Virus record (IMG/VR): IMGVR_UViG_3300037045_000315
Location: 1 to 30,060 of that record
Length of the DNA stretch: 30,060 bases
Direction: 5' to 3' (one strand)
DNA from: a virus
Lineage: Duplodnaviria; Caudoviricetes
In this document: positions 1 through 7,910 of the stretch, piece by piece
How the letters are laid out: each line of letters opens with the position of its first letter
Position numbering within the stretch: position 1 is the stretch's first letter
Program-made: the position numbers and the translations under genes
The notes under the pieces: model-generated
Databases searched by the model: none
Seen by the model: only the letters and a program-made list of their open reading frames with translations
Told to the model about the DNA's origin: nothing

Positions 1-937
1 TGTACTTGACGAACTCCAGCGACTGCTGCTCGATGTTGCTGAACGACGACTTCTCCAGGTCCCCCACCATGTGCGGCGGCACGCGGAAGATGCGCGCGAT
101 CTCGTTGATCTGGAACTTGCGGGTCTCGAGGAACTGCGCCTGCTCGGGGGAGATGGAGATCGGCGTGTACTTCATCCCCTCCTCGAGCACCGCGACCTTG
201 CCCGAGTTGGCCGAGCCTCCGAACTGCCCCTGCCATGTCTCGCGCAGCCTCGCTGGGTCCTTCACCGTCCCCGGATGCTCGAGCACCCCGCCGGGGGCCG
301 CCCCGTTGGCGAAGAACTTGGCTCCGTACTCCTCGCAGGCGATGGCCATGCCGATGGCGTTCTTGGCCATCGCGATGGGCGAGTAGCCCACCAGGCCGTC
401 GAAGCCAAGCCCCGGTATGTGCAGCACCTCGGATGGATCGAGGACCGCGGAGCTGCCCTGCATCGTGTGGGCGTCCTCGGCGCTGGTGGTGTACTGGTAG
501 TAGAGCCTGCCGTTTCTGTCGCGGTCGACCTGCATCCGGCTGGGCATCAGAGGATACAGCGCCACTACCTCGCCCCTGCCGTTGCGGATGATCTGGGCAT
601 ACGCGTTGCCCCACAGCAGCAGGTGGGTCATCAGCGTCTCGCGGAAGACGAAGCTCGTCATCTCCGCGTTGGGCTCGGCATGCAGCAGGTTGTACAGCGG
701 ATGCTCCTTCGCCTTGTGCTTGCTCGAGTCCTCCCCATGCCGGTACAGGTGCAGCGGCAGGCCCGCGATCGCCTCGGCCAGGATGCGCACGCATGCGTGC
801 ACCGCCGTCATCTGCATCGAGGAGCGTTCGTTGACGGCCTTGCCGGAGGTCGAGCCGCCGAAGAGGAAGCTGTACGTGGACCCGCTGGTCCTGTTCTGCG
901 CACGCCCTCTGGCGAGCAGGTTGCCGATGATGCCCAT
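1..937 (-). CDS. Phage portal protein, HK97 family (5' part; runs off the window)
   Basis: Not in the ORF track; read manually from ATG 937 after SD AGGAGA: MGIIGNLLARGRAQNRTSGSTYSFLFGGSTSGKAVNERSSMQMTAVHACVRILAEAIAGLPLHLYR; directly follows terL. Confidence 0.92.
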   Translation of the reverse strand, partial: MGIIGNLLARGRAQNRTSGSTYSFLFGGSTSGKAVNERSSMQMTAVHACVRILAEAIAGLPLHLYRHGEDSSKHKAKEHPLYNLLHAEPNAEMTSFVFRETLMTHLLLWGNAYAQIIRNGRGEVVALYPLMPSRMQVDRDRNGRLYYQYTTSAEDAHTMQGSSAVLDPSEVLHIPGLGFDGLVGYSPIAMAKNAIGMAIACEEYGAKFFANGAAPGGVLEHPGTVKDPARLRETWQGQFGGSANSGKVAVLEEGMKYTPISISPEQAQFLETRKFQINEIARIFRVPPHMVGDLEKSSFSNIEQQSLEFVKY

Positions 938-957
938 CGATGGTTTCTCCTACGGTG

Positions 958-2559
958 CTAGATGAAGAGGATGCCCCGGCCGTCATAGACCGACTCGCGC
1001 AGCTCGTTGCCGCACCGGATCGCGCGGTCCAGCGCCATGATCGCGGCCACCGCGCCGTCGATCTTCTCGGTGGACTTCTCCTTGTCGGGCTTGATGTTCC
1101 CGGCGGGGTCGGTGCGGATGAAGATGTTGTCCATCATCCACCTGAGCACCGGGTGCCCCGCGTGGGCGATGCTTTTTCCGAGCACCAGCTTCATGAGCTC
1201 CTTGGTCGGCGGGCTCATGTCCTTGAAGCCCTGGCCGAAGGGGACCACGGTGAAGCCCATGCCCTCGAGGTTCTGCACCATCTGCACGGCCCCCCAGCGG
1301 TCGAAGGCGATCTCGCGGATGTTGAAGCGTTTGCCCAGGTCCTCTATGAAGCGCTCGATGTAGCCGTAGTGCACGACGTTGCCCTCGGTCGTCTGGATAT
1401 GGCCCTCGCGCCGCCACACGTCGTAGGGCACGTGGTCGCGCCTGACGCGCAGGTCGACGCTCTCCTCGGGGATCCAGAAGTAGGGCAGCACGTGGTGGCG
1501 GTCCTGGTCGTCCAATGGCGGGAACACCAGCACGAACGCCGTGATGTCGGTCGAGGACGACAGGTCCAGGCCTCCGTAGCACACCCGCCCCTCGAGGGCC
1601 TCGGCATCGATTGGGAACGCGCACAGGTCCCATCTCTCCATCGGCATCCAGCGCACGGCCTGCTTCACCCATTGGTTGAGCCGCAGCTGGCGGAAGATGT
1701 TCTCCTCGCCCGGGTTCTGGCGCGCGCTCTCGCACGCGGAGCGTACCTTCTCGATTGTGATGGTCTCCCCCAGCGAGGGGTTGGCCTTCTTCCAGACCTT
1801 CGGATCCGTCCAGTCCTCGCCCTCGTCGGCCCCGTAGATCACCGGGTAGAACGTGCTGTCGTGCTTGCGGCCCTCCAGGATGTCCTTCGCCTTCTGGTGC
1901 TGCTCATGGCAGATGGAGTGCGTGTCGCTTCCAGCCGTGGTGATCAGAAAGAACAGCGGCTGGGCGCGCGCGTCGCCCGAGCCCTTGGTCATCACGTCGA
2001 AGAGCTTTCGGTTCGGCTGGGTGTGCAGCTCGTCGAACACCACGCCGTGGATGTTGAAGCCGTGCTTGGAGTACGCCTCGGCGCTCAGCACCTGGTAGAA
2101 GCTGTTGGTCGGCAGGTACACGATGCGCTTGGTGGCGGCCAGTATCTTCACGCGCCGGTTGAGCGAGGGGCACATGCGCACCATGTCGGCGGCGACCTCG
2201 AAGACGATCGAGGCCTGCTGGCGGTCGGCGGCGCAGCCGTACACCTCGGCGCGCTCCTCGAAGTCGGCGCAGGTCAATAGCAGCGCCACGGCGGCGGCGA
2301 GCTCGCTCTTGCCGTTCTTCTTGGGGATCTCGATATACGCGGTGTTGAACTGCCGGTACCCGTCCGGCTTTACCACTCCGAAGAGGTCTCGGATGATCCG
2401 CTCCTGCCAGGGGAGCAGGATGAAGGGCCTGCCCGCCCAGACGCCCTTGGTGTGGCACAGGCACTGTATGAAGTCCACGGCGTGGTCGGCCTTGGCGCCG
2501 TCATAGGCTGAGTCCTTCGCCGCGAACGGCGTGGGTGTGTGTTTCTTAAGCTTTGGCAT
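958..2559 (-). CDS. terL: Phage terminase large subunit (Terminase_1 type)
   Basis: 533 aa; Walker A IPKKNGKS, Walker B VVFDELH, nuclease motifs GGLDLS and KIDGAVA. Confidence 0.96.
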   Translation of the reverse strand: MPKLKKHTPTPFAAKDSAYDGAKADHAVDFIQCLCHTKGVWAGRPFILLPWQERIIRDLFGVVKPDGYRQFNTAYIEIPKKNGKSELAAAVALLLTCADFEERAEVYGCAADRQQASIVFEVAADMVRMCPSLNRRVKILAATKRIVYLPTNSFYQVLSAEAYSKHGFNIHGVVFDELHTQPNRKLFDVMTKGSGDARAQPLFFLITTAGSDTHSICHEQHQKAKDILEGRKHDSTFYPVIYGADEGEDWTDPKVWKKANPSLGETITIEKVRSACESARQNPGEENIFRQLRLNQWVKQAVRWMPMERWDLCAFPIDAEALEGRVCYGGLDLSSSTDITAFVLVFPPLDDQDRHHVLPYFWIPEESVDLRVRRDHVPYDVWRREGHIQTTEGNVVHYGYIERFIEDLGKRFNIREIAFDRWGAVQMVQNLEGMGFTVVPFGQGFKDMSPPTKELMKLVLGKSIAHAGHPVLRWMMDNIFIRTDPAGNIKPDKEKSTEKIDGAVAAIMALDRAIRCGNELRESVYDGRGILFI

Positions 2560-2578
2560 GGCCTTCCCGTGTGGATGT

Positions 2579-2601
2579 GAAAAAGGCCCCGGAGGGCCTT
2601 T
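2579..2601 (-). terminator. Intrinsic terminator between the GGCT gene and terL
   Basis: Hairpin AAAGGCCC-CGGA-GGGCCTTT, with a T-run following on the minus strand. Confidence 0.65.
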
Positions 2602-2662
2602 GGAGAGGGGGTGTCGTTTCAGATACTTGATGATAGTGGATGGAGAACGCGGACGCTGTGTA

Positions 2663-3109
2663 TCAGCCGCCGCACTCCCTCGCCGTGGCGCGCACGGCCT
2701 TGCGGAGGATCCCCTCGTCGAAGCCGCAGTCGCGGTACCCGTCCAAGATGGTCCTGAAGTACCAGGTGTCAGGCAGGGCGCTTGGATAGCCTTCGTTCAT
2801 GATGTACGCCATCGCCTCCACCTCATCGCCGTCGAGGCTCACCGTCAGATTGGCCTTGCGGTACAGGCGAGGGAATCCCTCGTAGCGGTCCAGCATCCGC
2901 TCGCATTTTGCGGTGATCTCCCAGAGGAGCACCGGCACGCTCGCGCCGATGTGCCTCTCGATGGTCGCCACGCCGTTCTCCCGGTCCCCCTTGAACACGA
3001 GGCGGTGGTCCTCGAGCACCGCCGTCCCGATGACGGCCGCCTCTGGGCATCGGTGACCCATCTGCTCAAGGTTCAGGTTGCTTCCGTAGGCCAGGTATGT
3101 CTTGTTCAT
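2663..3109 (-). CDS. Gamma-glutamylcyclotransferase (AIG2-like) family protein
   Basis: YLAYGSNL motif, LDRYEG motif; adjacent to an amidoligase. Confidence 0.9.
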   Translation of the reverse strand: MNKTYLAYGSNLNLEQMGHRCPEAAVIGTAVLEDHRLVFKGDRENGVATIERHIGASVPVLLWEITAKCERMLDRYEGFPRLYRKANLTVSLDGDEVEAMAYIMNEGYPSALPDTWYFRTILDGYRDCGFDEGILRKAVRATARECGG

Positions 3110-3189
3110 TATCGCATCGCTCCTTCAGTTTCGTCTTATACCACCCCAGGGGCGGTTTCCCGCCCCTATGCCCTGGTGCCGTCACCGCC

Positions 3190-4092
3190 TCAGGCGGCCG
3201 GCCGGTTGCGCCAGGCGGCCGAGCCGGACAGGCGCTTGCAAAGATGCTCGCGGCAGCTCTTGTACTCGTTGCCGATGAGCCCGATGCGGTTGAGGTAGGT
3301 GCGCATCGCGAATTTCGCGTTCTCGGCCTGCGGCTTCTTGGTGCTCGCCGAGCTCTGCGTCAGCGCCTGGCTGTTCAACGCGAGGGCGAGTACGATGTAG
3401 CTTCTGACCTCCCCGGCGTGCAGGGTGCTGTTGAAGCCCCGCAGCTCGACGGTGCCGTGGCCGTGGAAGAAGGAGTGCAGGTTCAAAAAATGGTAGCGGC
3501 TCTGATGGTAGTGGGTCTCCCGGGTGCCGGCGTATCCCGCGTACCAGATGTCCTCGATGGCCGCCAGCGTCTTGGGCCTGGCTCTGTTCATGGCCTCCAC
3601 GAGGCGCGCGTCCATGCTCTTGCAGTACCGCGCCCGCTGGGCCTCGATGCCAAGAGCCTGGTAGAGGAGGTCGTTCCGGGCGTGGATGATGTTGATGAAG
3701 TTCCTAATCGAGCGCGCCGTGTGGCCGGCTCCGTCGAGGTGGATGTGGATGCCGCAGGAGCTGTTGGTGAAGGCCCCGGCCTTGCGCAGCGCCCGCACGA
3801 CCTTCTGCAGCAGCTCGATGTCAGTTCCGTAGGTGAGGATCGGGCTGACCAGCTCGACGCTGTGCATCTTGGTGGCGCTGATGGTCCTGCCTCCGGTCTT
3901 CATCTGGCAGGTGATCGAGCCGTCGTAGGTGAGCTTCCAGCGCCTTCCGTCGGGCGCCACCAGCGTCCAGGTGTCGTAGCAGGTGCCCTCGTAGGTCAGC
4001 TCCCCGCCGATCACGGTCCTCGCCGCGTCCGCCGCGTCCTTTCTCGTGAGCCCGGTCATCTCGATCTCGATCCCGAATCCTGCTGTGGTCAT
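3190..4092 (-). CDS. Amidoligase family protein (COOH-NH2 ligase type 2)
   Basis: FGIEIE, DGS, ELVSPIL, SCGIHIH and TVELR motifs. Confidence 0.9.
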   Translation of the reverse strand: MTTAGFGIEIEMTGLTRKDAADAARTVIGGELTYEGTCYDTWTLVAPDGRRWKLTYDGSITCQMKTGGRTISATKMHSVELVSPILTYGTDIELLQKVVRALRKAGAFTNSSCGIHIHLDGAGHTARSIRNFINIIHARNDLLYQALGIEAQRARYCKSMDARLVEAMNRARPKTLAAIEDIWYAGYAGTRETHYHQSRYHFLNLHSFFHGHGTVELRGFNSTLHAGEVRSYIVLALALNSQALTQSSASTKKPQAENAKFAMRTYLNRIGLIGNEYKSCREHLCKRLSGSAAWRNRPAA

Positions 4093-4129
4093 CGCCTTTT
4101 CCCCCCCCGTCGGTGTGTTTCTTTGGAAC

Positions 4130-4190
4130 TGTAGTAATCACTCAAAGAGGGTTATATAGCAAGTGTATATCTTCAAATAAGATACACTAT
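4130..4190 (-). promoter_or_regulatory. Putative promoter and imperfect inverted repeat upstream of the amidoligase
   Basis: AT-rich patch in GC-rich DNA; minus-strand TTGCTA -35-like hexamer; imperfect dyad AGTGTATATCTT/AAGATACACT at 4162-4188. Confidence 0.4.
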
Positions 4191-4328
4191 TATTCTATTA
4201 CAAAGGCTTCATAGGATCCCCCTCAGGGATCATCCCGGCAACGCATGTTTGCATAGGACTCCATCTGTCATCTTTCCTTATGGAACCACCATGGGATGTG
4301 GTAGTATGGGTGCATAAGGAGCTAGGAC

Positions 4329-4823
4329 ATGGACAAGACTGCTGTGGTCTACTATTCACTGGATGGACATACCCACCTCGCCGCCACCAGGATCAGCGAA
4401 CGGCTGACCTGCCCCGCGATACGCCTGCGGCTGCAAAAGGAGTTCCCGACCTCGAGCGCCTTCCTCAAATATTTCTGGGCGGGCAAGAGCTCGGTATTCC
4501 ACGACAAGCCGGCTCTGGTGGAACCGGATCAGGATCTGGAGGCGTATGACACCCTCGTCATCGCGACCCCTGTCTGGGCGGGAAACCTCAGCTCGCCTAT
4601 GCGTTCGTTCCTTGCAGGCCATCCGTTCACAGGCAAGCGGGTGTTTCTGGTAGCCACCAACAGCGGAGGCTCGTTCGAAAAGTGCTTCGCCACCATGCGC
4701 AAGCTGCTGCCCGCGGCCTCCATCGGAGAGGAGATCGGCTTCGTGAATATCACCGAGGACGGCTATCCTTCCCATCGGAAGGCGCTTGAGGAGTTTTGCG
4801 AAGGAATCCAATTGAAACGCTAG
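4329..4823 (+). CDS. Flavodoxin family protein (cargo gene, opposite orientation)
   Basis: VVYYSLDGHT FMN phosphate loop, YDTLVIATPVWAG, FLVATNSG. Confidence 0.88.
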   Translation: MDKTAVVYYSLDGHTHLAATRISERLTCPAIRLRLQKEFPTSSAFLKYFWAGKSSVFHDKPALVEPDQDLEAYDTLVIATPVWAGNLSSPMRSFLAGHPFTGKRVFLVATNSGGSFEKCFATMRKLLPAASIGEEIGFVNITEDGYPSHRKALEEFCEGIQLKR

Positions 4824-5196
4824 GCCTACTTTTACCATAGATTTGGCGGGGTTAACCATGTGCTTCCGCCTTGGAGGAGGCCTTGAAATATTCCCCAACA
4901 CTAGAACCGAAGCGTACCCCAGGCAGCGTGATTTAGACAAAAATATTCCACCCTGAAGGCTGGAACCATGCTACAGTGAAAGCGCTCCTGTTGTCCCCCT
5001 AGTGACATAGTGGCTTCTGTTCTCCGTATCATTGATGGTACGGGACAACAGTTGTCCATCGCTGGACACAGTACGAAGGTTCCCAGTGCCAGTGAGGGCA
5101 TTAGCAAACACGGAACTGACGGGGACACAGGAGCCTACTAAAAACTCTCAAGGTTTTCCCCACTTGGATGCACTCTCAATCCAATTGAAACGCTAG
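4805..5196. repeat. 19-bp perfect direct repeat AATCCAATTGAAACGCTAG (4805-4823 and 5178-5196) flanking a 354-bp segment
   Basis: Both copies read directly; the first is the last 19 nt of the flavodoxin gene. Confidence 0.85.
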
Positions 5197-5224
5197 CGCC
5201 GCAAAAGCGATACGTCCTTCGCCC

Positions 5225-5473
5225 TCATCGGGAAATCTTGACGGGTACTTCCTCATCCAGCTTCCTGACCATGTCGATCCCCGGGACCACTCCCAAAGTA
5301 GAGCCGTGCTCCCATGAGATGTGGATGGTCCCGATGTCGTCCACGTTCAGGACCGTGCCCCTGGTCCCTTTCGGCGGGGCCTGCGGGTCGTCCATGTGGA
5401 TCAGCTCGACGGCGGCCCCTGGCGGGTACTGCCGGCGTAGGACCTCGAGCCGGTGCGCATGCATGTCGTCCAT
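5225..5473 (-). CDS. DUF4314 domain phage protein
   Basis: YPPG..VEL..MDDPQAPP.GT.GTV..VDDIGTIH..W..GS.LG pattern. Confidence 0.85.
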   Translation of the reverse strand: MDDMHAHRLEVLRRQYPPGAAVELIHMDDPQAPPKGTRGTVLNVDDIGTIHISWEHGSTLGVVPGIDMVRKLDEEVPVKISR

Positions 5474-5537
5474 ATCTATGTCTCCTTGTCAGCCAGCATT
5501 GATGGCGTATATGTGGACGGATTGCAAGTCCTTTCTC

Positions 5538-5900
5538 CTACGGATCGCGCATCGATTCCAGTATGGCGAGCATCTGGCGCGTGTACAGGTCCAGAAGGTG
5601 GGCGAACAGGGGCAGGGCGTTCTCGCCGTAGTCCAGGAGCTTGTCGGCATCTGTCTCTGGTAGGCAGTACAAGCCGTTCTCGTATGACCAGTTCAGCGTG
5701 GGGAAGGTCGGGATCACCGGAGCCTTTGGAGCCATCGAGACCAGGACCTGGCGGTATGGATCAGTCGCCCCGGCCGTTGGCACGCTCGTGCAGCTTGTTG
5801 AGGCGAGCAAGACGGCCAGGAGCATCGCTTGCAGCGGGAGGATCGACTTTCTCAGGCGGCTTTTCTTGTGCAATGATGGTGATCTTCTGCTGTGTCTCAT
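5538..5900 (-). CDS. Putative lipoprotein, o-spanin (Rz1)-like
   Basis: Likely start ATG 5900 after GGGGAGG; basic N-terminus, hydrophobic stretch ending LLAVLLASTSC (non-canonical lipobox), Pro-rich APKAPVIPTFP; overlaps the 5761-6051 gene in another frame. Confidence 0.55.
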   Translation of the reverse strand: MRHSRRSPSLHKKSRLRKSILPLQAMLLAVLLASTSCTSVPTAGATDPYRQVLVSMAPKAPVIPTFPTLNWSYENGLYCLPETDADKLLDYGENALPLFAHLLDLYTRQMLAILESMRDP

Positions 5901-6051
5901 CGATCCTCCCCAATTCCTTCTCTTTCCGATTCGCCGTTTCCTGGGCCTTCTGGATATCCTGCTTGAGGTCCTTGGCCTTGCGTGCCTGATAGCTGGTGAT
6001 CCCCAGCAGCCCCAGGATGATGAGCGCCAGTATCCGCATGATCTCATCCAT
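5761..6051 (-). CDS. Membrane-anchored coiled-coil protein, i-spanin (Rz)-like
   Basis: N-terminal TM ILALIILGLLGI followed by a charged helical segment; overlapped by the lipoprotein gene. Confidence 0.6.
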   Translation of the reverse strand: MDEIMRILALIILGLLGITSYQARKAKDLKQDIQKAQETANRKEKELGRIDETQQKITIIAQEKPPEKVDPPAASDAPGRLARLNKLHERANGRGD

Positions 6052-6355
6052 CGATTCTCTTCTCCATGAACCGCCTTACGAGCGGTTTCCAAAGCGCCAT
6101 GCAGGCGGGAAGCTGCAGCAGGTAGATCGCGACCGTGTACAGGACCACCAGGTATGGCGTCCTATTCAGATCGCCTGCAGGAGTCGCTTCGGGGGCGACC
6201 CGGTAGGCCACGTAGGCCAGCAGAGCCGAGCAGCCGAGGGCCACGACCTTGATCTCGCTCTCGGCGGCCTTGTCGCGGCGGATCGACTTCTTGTACAGCT
6301 CCATCGCCAGGCCCAAAAAGGCGGCGAAGGCCAATAGCACGCAGGTCAGTATCAT
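6044..6355 (-). CDS. Small 3-TM membrane protein, holin-like
   Basis: 103 aa, three hydrophobic segments, basic C-terminus; translationally coupled to its neighbours. Confidence 0.55.
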   Translation of the reverse strand: MILTCVLLAFAAFLGLAMELYKKSIRRDKAAESEIKVVALGCSALLAYVAYRVAPEATPAGDLNRTPYLVVLYTVAIYLLQLPACMALWKPLVRRFMEKRIDG

Positions 6356-6657
6356 CAGCGTTCTCCTTTCGCGCGTAAAAGCGACAGGAAGTAGTCGTCC
6401 ATCTTGCGCTCCTGCTCCTCGCTCTCCCCGTTGATCTCGTGGGTCCGTAGCGACTTGAAGATGACCTTGTCGTTCTCCAGCGCCATGACCAGGCCCGTCT
6501 GGACCAGGTTGATGGTGTGCTTGATGTCCTTGAGGTCCTTCTGGTAGCAGTGGCGCTCGTCATATCTTTTGGCATAGCGGTTCAGCAGCCACAGCACGAC
6601 GCCCCCCGAGCCGAACAGGCACGCCCCTATGGTGCCCACCAATGTCAGCTCATCCAT
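6355..6657 (-). CDS. Single-TM phage membrane protein, holin/antiholin-like
   Basis: 100 aa; N-terminal TM LVGTIGACLFGSGGVVLWLL then a charged helical tail. Confidence 0.5.
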   Translation of the reverse strand: MDELTLVGTIGACLFGSGGVVLWLLNRYAKRYDERHCYQKDLKDIKHTINLVQTGLVMALENDKVIFKSLRTHEINGESEEQERKMDDYFLSLLRAKGER

Positions 6658-7897
6658 TCCCGGCCCCCTCTTTGACGACCTCGTCGTAGGAGTACTCGAG
6701 CCCGTCGCGCTGGACCCTGGTGCCGTCGGCGGATCCGGTGAGCTCTATATACCGCCTGACGATGACGTCACAGTACTTCTCGTCCAGCTCGATGGTGGCG
6801 CAGATCCGGTCGGTCTGCTCGCAGGCGACCAGCGTGCTGCCGCTGCCTCCGAACGGGTCGAGCACCACGGCGTTGGTCATCGAGGAGTTCATGATCGGAT
6901 ACGCCAGCAGCGCCACCGGCTTCATCGTCGGATGGTCGGTGCTCCTATGTGGCTTGTCGAACTCCCAGACGGTCGATTCCTTTCGGCCGGTGTACCACTG
7001 GTGGCGGCCCTTGCGCTTCCAGCCGAAGAGCACCGGCTCGTGCTGCCACTGGTACGGAGATCGTCCGAGCACCAGCGACTGCTTCTTCCAGATGCAGGTG
7101 CCCGACAGGTGGAAGCCCGCCTCGCGGAAGGCATGTCGGAAGTTCAGCCCCTCGGTGTCCGCGTGGAACACATAGATGGAGGCGTCGTCGGCCATGTGGG
7201 CCTCGATGTTGGTGAAGGCCGCCAGGAGGAACTGTCCGAAGGCGTCGTCGGTCAGGTTGTCGTTCTTGATCCTGCCCGCCTGGGCTTCGTAGTTCACGTT
7301 GTACGGCGGGTCGGTGACCACCAGGTTCGCCTTGCGTCCCGCCATCAATAGGGCGAACGTCTCGGCCTTGGTGCTGTCGCCGCACACCAGGCGGTGCCTT
7401 CCGAGCGTCCAAACGTCGCCGCCCTTGGTGGTCGCGGGCTTCTCGAGCTCGCCAGCCACATCGAAACCGTCGTCGTGGATGCCGTCTGAAAGCGAGTCCT
7501 TGAACAGGTCGTCGATCTCGGCGGGCTCGAAGCCCGTGAGCGAGATGTCGAAATCCTGTCCCTGCAGCTCGGTGATGAGCAAGGCCAGCTTGTCCTTGTC
7601 CCATTCGCCGCTGATCTTGTTCATGGCGATGTTGAGGGCCTTCTCCTTGTCCTCGGAAAGCTCGACGAGGACGCAGTCCTCCTCGGCGACGCCCATGTCC
7701 GTCAGGACCGTCAGCCTCTGGTGGCCCGAGATGACGGTGTTGCCGTTCGCGGCGTTGACCACGATGAGCTCGACGTAGCCGAACTGCTCCATCGAGCGCT
7801 TCAGCTTCTCATACTCGGGATCCCCGCTCCTAAGCGCCTTTCTAGGGTTGTATCCCGCCGGATTCAGCTCCGACAGACGCATCTTCTGTATTCTCAT
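6650..7897 (-). CDS. ParB-N-domain fused N6/N4 DNA methyltransferase (beta class)
   Basis: YNPRK and ISGHQRL ParB motifs; DPPY motif IV precedes DPFGGSGST motif I. Confidence 0.93.
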   Translation of the reverse strand: MRIQKMRLSELNPAGYNPRKALRSGDPEYEKLKRSMEQFGYVELIVVNAANGNTVISGHQRLTVLTDMGVAEEDCVLVELSEDKEKALNIAMNKISGEWDKDKLALLITELQGQDFDISLTGFEPAEIDDLFKDSLSDGIHDDGFDVAGELEKPATTKGGDVWTLGRHRLVCGDSTKAETFALLMAGRKANLVVTDPPYNVNYEAQAGRIKNDNLTDDAFGQFLLAAFTNIEAHMADDASIYVFHADTEGLNFRHAFREAGFHLSGTCIWKKQSLVLGRSPYQWQHEPVLFGWKRKGRHQWYTGRKESTVWEFDKPHRSTDHPTMKPVALLAYPIMNSSMTNAVVLDPFGGSGSTLVACEQTDRICATIELDEKYCDVIVRRYIELTGSADGTRVQRDGLEYSYDEVVKEGAGNG

Positions 7898-7910
7898 GGT
7901 GTGTTTCCTT

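Noticed and set aside
4101-4108. C8 tract in the amidoligase ribosome-binding region as a phase-variation switch
   Set aside because: Short, non-coding, and no evidence of length variation from a single sequence
4906-4920. Possible extra copy of the GGGGTACG motif (GGGGTACGCTTCGGT, minus strand)
   Set aside because: Three bases shorter than the other copies and not upstream of a minus-strand gene start; may be chance
4805-5196. ATTGAAAC in the direct repeat resembles a CRISPR repeat terminus
   Set aside because: Only two 19-bp copies 373 bp apart, no regular spacers, no cas genes
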